Source: Perna viridis (lineage: Eukaryota). Taken from it: a DNA stretch of 64,000 nucleotides. The notes under the pieces are model-generated. The model worked only from the letters and a program-made list of their open reading frames with translations. It was not told where the DNA came from and made no database searches. Both the position numbers and the translations under genes were made by a program. The stretch is from positions 21,638,001-21,702,000 of the forward strand of contig CM074511.1 of NCBI GenBank assembly GCA_037379345.1, read 5' to 3'. Positions 54,113 to 64,000 of the stretch are shown one piece after another (the stretch's first letter is position 1; every line of letters starts with the position of its first letter).

Positions 54113-54310
54113 GAGGAGCTGTGGCCAAGGGATTAGAGCACTGGACTTAAAATCATGGTCTGACACTGTTGTAGCTTGAGGGGTTTCACTAATATTCAAC
54201 CATGGAGCTTTGTGGTTTCCTTCAATACTGAAAACCATGAGCAATCTTAATTACAGACAAGGTCATGAAATACTACCAGTAATTCAGTGCTTAAGAAGTT
54301 TTAATGATGA
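54113..54310 (+). mobile_element. Degenerate tRNA-headed SINE (possible)
   Basis: ggagctgtggccaagggattagagcactggactt resembles a tRNA 5' half with an A box; the B box is not clearly preserved. Confidence 0.35.
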
Positions 54311-56233
54311 CTTGACCAGAAAACTAAATAATTTTTTTTTACTTTAAATGTCATTGATTTTTCTTCTATTATATAAATTCACACTCAATTTGTGCCATTT
54401 TAAATCTACTCTACTTGTCTAATTAATTCAAACAGTCGATAAATGACAACATAATTGTAGGAATATTGACATAACTCTTGAGACATATCGAAAACATACA
54501 TATGACGTCTGAAAATTCCACTTTTAGCCCAGGATCAATGGTTCAGTCACCATCCATCTGAATTTACGTTGATTTATCCTAGATACATCGAAATACATCA
54601 GAATTATAAACATCAGAGACAACACTAACTTTGTTTATCATAGATACATCAAAATCCACTGGCTTTATATAACATTAGAGGGAACATTTCATCCAATCCT
54701 AGCACCTACATCCATATCTGCTGCCTTGCTATTGTAATAAACATATCTTTGGATGGTTAAGCAAGAAAATCAAGAAGTATCACATTTATCAAAATAAAAA
54801 CTTTCAGAAATACTTTAACTTGCTTAACTTTTAATGCTCTGGAAGTATTTGCAACTATAGCAAATTGGAACCTAAGCTTATTTCATAGATAAATTTTAGA
54901 GTTTGAATCACATTTGGTGACATGTTGTTTTATTCAACTTACATTTTTCTCTATGAATACTAGAAACCTAATTAAGGTGATGGAATTGAAGTCTGGACCT
55001 TACATATATGCTAAGACAATTTCAAAATGATAGATAAAAAGGGAAGATATTCAAGTTTAGGAATACCCTGCACACAAATAAAATATGCTGCATGTGTAAG
55101 TTTGATGCTCCAATAATTTCAATTAATAAGCCTGAAAATGGGAGAAAGGTGTTCTGAGGAAATTTCTGCTTTTGCATGTAACAAATACACTACAAGAAGT
55201 GAACGCTTTAAAACATTTGTAAAGTAAATAATCAATCATAAAAGAACATTGAATGTTCCATGAAGATAGAACATTGCATGATGTATACTGTTTAACTCTA
55301 ATCCAATTGAGTACTCTGCATGGCACTAACTACCAAGTCTTTATTAAACTTCTTAAAAGCCACTGAAGTGATGCTCATATTGTGTGACATCAGTCAAGTT
55401 TATGTTAAGGTGTATATAACAGTAAATACTATAACTTTACTTCACTTAATTTAATGTTGTAAAGGTAATTTTTGGCAAATAATTGCGTACAAAAACTTGG
55501 TAAATATGAAAAATCTCTTAAAATAGATGTATAATAAAGACCTGTATCATGAATCAATTTTATAGCATGATACTATAGGTATATTGACACATAAAAGAAA
55601 ATGGATCTTTAAATCCCAAACTAAGAAAGATAACTCAGTCAGAACAAAGCTAATGCATCAACATTTTAAAGCTGATTTTAAAAAAAATTGAATCTTTGGG
55701 TGATATCAAATGACAACAGCATGTAACATTTAAAAACAATTAAAAAAAGAAACAATTACACAAAAACTTTAAAAAATGATTTACAAATCAATAAGTACAC
55801 TACAGTAAAAATCATTCAACCAACAAAACACATTAATACAATCCTGTTTTCTATTGTATCTAAAAATGCTTTGCAGAGTGAAGCTTGATATGACCACAAA
55901 GGACAAACCCAGAACAGTTGAGCAAGTGAGGACACACCACCCCAGCTTTCTCATACAGCTCTGACCTTAGATCAAGGTTAAAAATCATGGTATACAAAGG
56001 ATAAGAATTTGATCAGAAACTTATTCTATGGGTGCCAGTAAATGACATTGTTTTTTTTTGGTCCAATAAAAATGTTTTAACACAAATCTCAATTTGTGGA
56101 ATGACTTACATATGAAGAGAAGGAAGTACAGAATAATACAAGTTTCAAATAAAAATCTGAATTTAATGAGACTTCGACATATAGAAAACAAATTAGATAT
56201 CAAACCGAACTACAATACCTTCATGTACTTAAG

Positions 56234-56465
56234 TTAAGATCCAGATCGACAACATGCCCTGGTTGGACACTCCAGGTTCTGACAGCCACTTGCAGAATCA
56301 AAGTATGGATCATGAGTCAGATTATCACAGTAGTAAAGATATTGGTGGTCCAGTGATTCACAAGCCGACACTAGGACTTTTAATCCACCAGATGTCACTT
56401 TATCACAACCAGATAAGTCTAAGAACTGTAACTCTGGAAACGTATGATTTCCTTCCACTAGTGCT
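56234..56465 (-). CDS. FBXL5: FBXL5 terminal coding exon (LRR and [2Fe-2S]-binding C-terminus)
   Basis: Acceptor tatttttag|; encodes (R)ALVEGNHTFPELQFLDLSGCDKVTSGGLKVLVSACESLDHQYLYYCDNLTHDPYFDSASGCQNLECPTRACCRSGS*, matching the FBXL5 ending YYCDN...ASGCQNL.C..RACCRSG. Phase 2 joins the donor at 61900. Confidence 0.95.
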
Positions 56466-56739
56466 CTAAAAATATACAGAAATAAAGTTCATGCTAGGAT
56501 ATCTTTAGTTTTCAGGACATGCTTAAAGGAAGGCAATTAAACCATGAATTTTATTCCAGCATCAAGATGTTAAATTTTCTTTGAAATATTGATGCTGGAA
56601 TGAAATCTTTATATCATAATTCAAAAATATAGCAGTATTTTTTTTTTCAGACCATAAAACCACTGTTTGACCAAACTTGATACTTTTTGTGAAGATTATT
56701 GGGTGTCTAAACTCAATAACCCAAAAAATGAAAATAAAA

Positions 56740-57192
56740 TACAGAGCACGACCAGAAACGCCTGCTAAGTTGAACACTGAATAGATGGGGCACCAAGTTC
56801 AAGCTTGATACAGCCCTGAATTTTAATTGTGATTCAATAATTGACAAAAAAATATGTAAGTTCCATAACTCTAAATCGTAAAATTGAAAATTCCAAAGAA
56901 ATTGTAAGAGAGCTTACACTAATATATATAAATATTTCACCAATGTGCCAATGACATTGATGCAAGGCTTTACTAGTTACAGTCTGAAAACAGAAAATCT
57001 TCCCATTTTAGTATGAATAAAGTTCCATAACTCAAAAAATAAAAATCAGAAATTTATAGAAACTAACAATTCATAAAAGTTTCACAGAAAATGTTGGCAG
57101 CATTTTCTAGTTATTATGTCAAATGTAAACAACATACAGACAGACAGACATTAGTATACTATAATACATCCCTTCTAGAAAGAGGGGTGAAA
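56740..57192 (-). mobile_element. Helentron-like non-autonomous element in an FBXL5 intron
   Basis: Two internal units (aagttccataactc at ~56858 and ~57020), an ACAG microsatellite at 57137-57150, and terminal hairpin ccct...aggg. Confidence 0.5.
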
Positions 57193-59319
57193 TTGAACAA
57201 CACCAAGAGTTCACTTTTTGTTGAAATCAAAGTATCTTTGTATCTCAATGTGGCCTTTAAATTTGAAAACAATGTCGCATATAAAATCTCTATGTCAGTT
57301 AGATTCAGCACATGGAAAAGGCCAAGGAATTCATTTTTTTTATGATTTACAGCAAAGCTGAATTTTTTCAGCCATTTTGAGTTTACTTGATTATTTTTTG
57401 TCCCTTAAAGTTTAAATTTCTAAATGGTTGTCCATTAACCTCAAAATCAATCCTTATACTCCTTGTGTGTCATGAAACTTTGTTTAAAATTCCATTGAGA
57501 GCCACTGAGTAAATCTCAAAGTAATCCACAAAAATTACCATTTATATTCAATGAAGACAAGATGGCAGCACTATATTGCAGTTGTATTATATGTCCCGAA
57601 GAGATTGTACACATGGAAAAAGATCATCCCCATGAAGGGTTCATAAATTCTAGCCATTTAGTAACAGAAAATACTTTCATGAAAATAATTCAATCAAACT
57701 AAGACTAGAACTTGAAAGTTTGTAAAGATCCTTCAAATTCTTTCAAAGTTATAATATGGGAACTTCAGGGACAGACACACAACTGTTCAGAGGGTATTAT
57801 CACATAATACCTTGCCACTTTCTGCAGTCATTACAAAATAAATTTCTGACTCGTCTGACTAAAACCCAAATTTGACCTTTTTCTCTTATATTAATAGTAA
57901 AAAACTTCCAAATTTTTTTCTCTGACATGTTTGTCCGCAGTATTTCATAACGACTAATTAGGTATAAAACATAATACAGGTATGTACTTATCTCCATCAA
58001 AATCAACTTTTAAAATGTTCAAATCATAAACAAATGGCAGCATATTGTAACTAAAAACAGTTAATCTGGTGATCACATATTAAAAATAAGGCATGAAGTC
58101 AGTATGGAAAATGCAGTATCCTCCATAATCTAAATTGACATGTATCTTATAGCCCACAATACAGTGTGAAATGTAAAAAGATTTAGTGCAGCAGCGTTTG
58201 TGGACTTATGAATGTACCAGTTTATTACTGTATATCATTCACTTTCTCCCAAACTTGTAATGACTGTGTATAATTAAATCTCTTTTCCAAGATGTGATGT
58301 AAAATCTTCAGATTTTAGATATTCAACATGGGGTGTACATCTACATTGTTATTGACAATTATTAGTGCTTAACATTACATTCTCTACCACAAAAAGCAAA
58401 ATATGAATTACGAATACACTGCACAGAACTTATTGTTTCATTGTAAGCTCCATACAGACAGAATTCTCTACTCTTTAAAGCTTATACTATAATTGAGTAC
58501 AATGGTCTTTATGAGGAAGTATTTTTTTTATTGCACAATTTTACCATTATTAGTTTCATTATAATTGGCAATTAAACAATTTTCTCTTCAACTTCCCTAT
58601 GTAATTACTGAAGATATTGAAGATTCATATAACTAATACATCAGTGATTATTTACAGTGCATTTATAAACTAAAATTCATAAGGCTTAGATAATATATTC
58701 AAAACTATATGATATAAGTTACTTTTTAATCAATATGGTATTCATGGCTGATTGATCAATAATATACTGCACCAAATAACATATCATAGTTCTGCATTTT
58801 AGTATATCAGCACAGATTAGTCTGAGAACTTAACACTAAAAGTAATTGGGATTAAAATGGTAAAACCAATACTTTTACACCAAGCTATTCCTGCATTTTT
58901 AAAACCTCATTAGCTAAAGCATTTAAGCATGCTAAGGAATTTTTTTCTTCAATTCCTATAGTTATAAAGAAACAAATAAATACAACCTGATCTGCTACAA
59001 TTAAAGTTGGCCATCAGCATACATGTACATGTAAATTTTGATACAAATAAAACTACCACTAAAGGGTACTACCAAAATAATTGATCAGACATGATTTGAT
59101 GAAGCAAAAAAAAAAAATTCAAATTCACTGTAGTAAACATGTGGTTACAAGAGAAACGTAATGGTAAATTCCAGATTTGAAAAAGCAGAATTCTGTTCTA
59201 AAGTAAAAGAAAATTGATGAGAAATTTTTTTTTACTTTAAAGACCACATTCTTTGTTTTTTTTTTTAATTTGATCACTCTTTGTAGCCTTTTCAGTGATG
59301 CAGGATATTGAAGCTTTCT

Positions 59320-59590
59320 TTGCTTATGCTTATGCCTTTCGTACTGATGGGGTACACACTCCACCAACAACACTCCTCCATCTAGTTCTGTTATGTGGCA
59401 GTCTGACCATGTCTTGCCACTTGCAAACTTCTGCTTCCATTTCAGCTTGTAGATTTCTTCTCCATGTGTTTCTTGGCCTTCCAATTTTTCTTTTCCCTAG
59501 AGGGTTACATTGCAACGCTTGTCTGGTGATGGAGTTTGCTGGGTTTGGTAAGGTGTTATCTATCCAGCAGCATTTCCACTTCTTCAGTTT
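59320..59590 (-). mobile_element. RTE-clade LINE 3' fragment
   Basis: Translation WIDNTL..P.NSITRQALQCNPLGKRKIGRPRNTWRR.L..EM.....W......NRTRWRSVVGGVC is the typical RTE ORF C-terminus, followed by a short (GCATAA)n tail. Confidence 0.9.
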
Positions 59591-61900
59591 CAATGAAGGG
59601 ACCAGGCAAAAATGTTGGGACTTATCTTCGGGTGGTATCATCTAAGATCAATCAAGATTCAGAAATGAATCTTCTTTAAAAGGAATGTTTTGTAGACACT
59701 TTTGTTTGTTTCTAATTAGATTTCTGTAGATTGTTGTGTGTATTAAACGTATATCATGTTTATTCTCCATGAAATTGGTTTTAAATGAAAGTAACAGCAA
59801 ATGTCGACCATCATATGCAAAATTTGATCATTGAAAATTCTGATTCATTCTTAACAAATGGTAGTTATGAATAAAATAACCAGATCTTTTTTCAGTATTA
59901 TTATGATCATATTGTATAATTTCACAGAAAAATGATTGCAAGCTTTTATGCTGGATTGTATCCCCTTGCAGACATCTGACAACAGGCAAATAACTTTCCT
60001 ACTACATTTAACTTTTAACCCAACCTAACATCAAAGTCAAATGAGTGCTATAGACAGAGTGGCTCTAACAAGCTATAAATATATTATAAATGTAAAGTTG
60101 GATTTTCTCCCCTTGCAAGCATCAAAAACAAATTATCTTTATTCATGCACATCTACTTATAATGACTATCTTTCCTTAAAATTTCATCAAAATCAATCAG
60201 CTATTAAAGAGGAGTTGCTGTAACTGAACATTCTTTAGAATTTACTTCCATTACTTAATCAAACCCATTATGTGAAAAGGTTCTATGATCATTGTACTAT
60301 CCTAAATTTGGTTTATGTTGATTTTGAAGTCTATAAGTTCTGAGTTTTGTGGTACATGGCATTCACCTTATATCTTGAAAATTCACAGTGAAATTCTAAA
60401 GTCTTCTTATAATCTTTAACCTTTTTTACCATAGGCTTGGCCTTCATTTGACTTCATTAGATCATCACATAAACACAAATACTATGCACTTACAATGCAT
60501 AGACCATTAGCTTCCTGGTACTACATAAATAATGTACATGAACATACAGGGAAAAAAGAATTAAATGTGGTCAAGTTATATTGTTGAATTAACTCTACGC
60601 GTAGGCATCTAAAAAAAATTATCCTCTTTTATACAAAACTACAAATTTATTCTTACCTTTCTGCCATGCATGTTTTACACATGTACATGGGACGTGTAAA
60701 CAGATTGTAATTTGTGTGAGACAGTGCCAGATAGACAAGTGATCAACAATAGTATCTAATACCTAAGTCAGGTTTCAATATGTATAGACTGTGCCTTCCT
60801 TTGGGGTAATTTTTTATCAATTATGACTTCCACCTTTTCCCCAACAGTACTGAATTATAAAGATGTCAAAGACACAAAACAGAAAGAAAGGAAAAGTGTC
60901 TGCAAAACATTCCTGAGCACGTCTTGGTGCAGATTTCCAGTATCCAAGGGACAACCTCAAATGGGAATCAAACAATGAAGTCTTCAAACTCACTAATCCT
61001 CAAATATCCCATGCCAATGATTTTGGCTTGCTTTCAACATGCACAATGGTATAAACTCAAGCGAAGTTGCGATATGCTCTAAAAGGTGAGTTTCTCTCAA
61101 ATTATAAGCATATATATAAAAATATATAAAGTGGGGTCCTGATAATGTTGATGACCTATAGAGTCAATTGTAAAGAGCCCCTGTGTCTGAATCAGAAATT
61201 GGCTAACTTATCTTTTCATCATTTCATGTAAACTTCCCATTCTCATACAAGTAAAAAACACACATAGAACACATGTGTAGGGTATTTAAGAGGTACATTT
61301 TGATTTGGTATTAAGCTAGAAATGGTTCTATGGCACATATCTGCAGCATAAGGTGGTGAAGTAACATATAAGCACCTAAATTATGAGTGCAAGAAGTTAC
61401 TTACAATATTAGCAACTTAAAAATAAAGTGTAATCGATTCAAGTTAAATGACTATTTTCATTGTGCCTCAATGGTAAAAATCATGGGAATGACTCAATGG
61501 AAAACTCTCGACTTAAACCTTCTCTTCAGTACTAACAAATAAAAAAATTAACTTGGGTGGATGAAGGTGGTCATCATTCTGTTGTTTTTAAACACTGTAA
61601 AAGCCCAATGCCCTTTTCTGTCAATTTTCCTTAATACCGTTAGACATTAATGCATATGTCTTGAAAATTGCCTCTTTATGTGCAAGCATATCCTCTTTTA
61701 CCTGATTTCCCTCCCATTTTCAAAAAATGCTTGCTGAACAAGCAAACTGAGGGCTTGACAAATAAACACTTTCGGTCACCTTCAAATGTATGGGACTTAA
61801 AAAAAAACTTTTCATAGGAAATCAAAATAGAAAACTAAGAAAGCAATGTGAAAGGTTTGGAAATAGAAAAAGTTTATTTACGACTATAGTATTTTCTCAC

Positions 61901-62563
61901 CTTAGCCCTTTATCAGTGATATGAGAACATCCTGACAAGCTCAGATGCTGTAGCCCACATATAACACTACTATAGTCAAGTCCAAATTCCACAGCACTTT
62001 CACAGTCTAAAGCAAGTTCAGAATTTCCAGCAACATTTTCTGGTAAATATGTTTCTTCTTTATCAGTCATGTTATGACAACACCTTGAAGTCCTCTGTTG
62101 TCTACAACAATTAAGTGATGCTGTTCCTGGTATGGCCGGGTTAAAACCTGGATCCACTGCAGAATAATTTTCATTATTGAAAGTCAGTTTTTGAGATTCT
62201 TCATGTTTAAGGACTTTGTTTATTCTGGTTTCTGGTTCATTGTTGGTTTTATTCTTCTGGTTTATTGAGATTTCATTTGTCCTGGGTCCAGCCCATTTCA
62301 AATGATGATCATTAGTGTCAGACATGCTTAATGATGGTATTTTTAGTAGAACATTCTCTTTGAAACAGTTAGAAGTCATTGAGTTATCTCCCTTTTCACT
62401 GGCTTCTGTTTCATTCTTTTCACAAAGACTGTAATCCAAACAGTCAGGTTCACATTTACTATGCAAGGCATTAGACAGTCTAAGAAGAGTTGTATCAGTA
62501 ATGTTTTGACAACCTGTCAAATCCATAAACTTCAGATCACTTCCACAACCATTTTTGCCTAGA
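61901..62563 (-). CDS. FBXL5: FBXL5 large coding exon (LRR, divergent insert, LRR)
   Basis: Acceptor tttctattccag| and donor AG|GTGAGA. Encodes (S)LGKNGCGSDLKFMDLTGCQNITDTTLLRLS...LQHLSLSGCSHITDKGL(R); phases are consistent with both neighbours. Confidence 0.93.
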
Positions 62564-62957
62564 CTGGAATAGAAATATGGATTCAGTTAAAACTAAAAAC
62601 TCTACAAATTGTTCTTTTTTGTTCATTTTCAGTGCATGTCTCTAATAAAATCTTATATAGCAGGAAACTTTTGAATGGGCAAGACTGACATTACTGTATG
62701 GCAAATAAGCACAATTAAGTAGGATCCACATTTTTTGGCGAGCAAATTTAAGTACATGTATACCTTAACACTGACCAAGCTATAACTCAAGAATCTAGAT
62801 TGGTTGTATCAGTAATGCCTATGACTTCATAAAGACCTTTTTTTTTATTTGTTATGCTTTAATATTTGCTTAAGATAAAGATAATCCTGTTATATGTACG
62901 GTAATGTTATCAAAAACATCCATATATTGTGATTTTGCATAAGCAATTTAAACTTAC

Positions 62958-63040
62958 CTTTTAAACCCACCATCGGAAATTCTTGTGTGAGTTAGGTCCA
63001 GATTTTCAATATGTGGACAAAGAGACAAAATCTTGTAAAG
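62958..63040 (-). CDS. FBXL5: FBXL5 coding exon (LRR)
   Basis: Acceptor tttttactttag| and donor AG|GTAAGT. Encodes LYKILSLCPHIENLDLTHTRISDGGFK(S), comparable to vertebrate [20 protein letters not shown]. Confidence 0.93.
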
Positions 63041-63488
63041 CTAAAGTAAAAAAAAAGAAAATCTAAATTACCTTCTCATGACCATGACATAAGGACCAGT
63101 CTGTAAAAAAAAAATTGTTTCTAATTCCTCTTGCATATACTTTGAACATGGACCATTATCAGGAGGCTAGTTGTCCTTTTATTTTCCTTATAGCCTATTA
63201 GGAGACCAAATAGTTCTTTCTTTTGAGTAATTTAATTGAAATAATGGTAGCAATGAGTTACAAAATTGCCTTTCCCATACCAAGATTCATTAAATAACAG
63301 AGTATTTTTTATTATCAAAATAGAGTGATACGTTTCTAACCAAAAACACATTTTAATGGCATAGTTAATAGTACATATGCAGTTCATAATATAATTGTTG
63401 CAAGTTTCAGTGGGTTTAAAGCATCTATATTGCTATTTCATTAGGATATAAATTCTGTTGGTGAATATTCCCATCTATGTAAACTTAC

Positions 63489-63602
63489 CAAAGAGTTTAC
63501 CAACCCCTGACTGTATGCCAAATTCACTGTTCTAACACCATGTCCAACTTTGGGTAGCAGATACCTCATCATGCAAGCTAACATACTGGTTTCTCTTTTC
63601 AT
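63489..63602 (-). CDS. FBXL5: FBXL5 coding exon
   Basis: Acceptor ttatttctag| and donor TTG|GTAAGT; 114 nt encoding MKRETSMLACMMRYLLPKVGHGVRTVNLAYSQGLVNSL, comparable to vertebrate VLPYVGTSVKTLVLAYS. The hemerythrin and F-box exons lie beyond the window. Confidence 0.9.
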
Positions 63603-64000
63603 CTAGAAATAAGTCACTTGATTTGTAATAGAAATCTTTAAAAATCTCATTTGACTGAAGGATTTGCTGTTTTTAACCAGGTCTTTGTTCATTATACATT
63701 GAATTTTATAAAAAAGGAACTTAAGAATATGCTTTGTTAAGACACATTTCAGTATATTCAGAATTTGTTGTAAATGGATTTTTTAAGTTCCTAAACTTTA
63801 AAACTAGGTAAGTGATTAATTTTTCCCCTATAACTAGCATCTTTTAAAGTTTTTGTCATCATTTAGTATAAAAAATTTTAATACATTACTCATATTTTCA
63901 ATTCTGCTCAATAAATTTTGTACTTTAATGAACGAATATTCCAAAATATATAAAAGTAATAATTTTTTTAATTTTTGAAGAAATGCAGCAGATTTTTAAA

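Noticed and set aside
54113-54200. tRNA gene
   Set aside because: Only a degenerate A-box half is present, with no T-arm or cloverleaf; treated as a possible SINE head.
50390-55370. Iron-responsive element in the FBXL5 3' region
   Set aside because: The minus-strand CAGTG sites I inspected (~50400, 51126, 51220, 53420, 54165, 54657, 55361) lack a paired 5-bp upper stem with a C bulge. The scan was not exhaustive.
59125-59645. Overlapping 119-aa and 116-aa ORFs
   Set aside because: They are alternative frames or the antisense strand of the RTE LINE fragment.

Overview
AT-rich, intron-containing animal genomic DNA. The repeat families resemble those I recall from bivalve molluscs (Mytilidae-like); this is inferred, not verified. 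Three protein-coding genes are supported. (1) The first coding exon of F-actin capping protein alpha (CAPZA, minus strand, 2372-2410); the rest of the gene lies left of the window. (2) DYRK2 (plus strand), with the whole kinase in one exon (ORF 20535-22238), two inferred upstream coding exons (3140-3268, 13410-13475) and an inferred ~4 kb 3' UTR; it appears to share a divergent CpG-rich promoter with CAPZA. (3) The last four coding exons of the iron/oxygen sensor FBXL5 (minus strand, 63602 to 56234), including the C-terminal [2Fe-2S] cysteines. The remainder is intron, UTR or intergenic DNA with decayed CR1 and RTE LINE fragments, hAT and pogo-like MITEs, Helentron-like non-autonomous elements, SINEs and a ~40-bp minisatellite. 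The two most notable observations are a SINE-like element whose 5' head is a predicted pseudoknot plus hairpin instead of a tRNA, and a ~25 kb CpG-depleted, strand-skewed stretch with no exon I could find downstream of the FBXL5 stop, ending at a poly(A) signal near 31030. I found no CRISPR array, rRNA or genuine tRNA gene, and no clearly novel multi-gene system.
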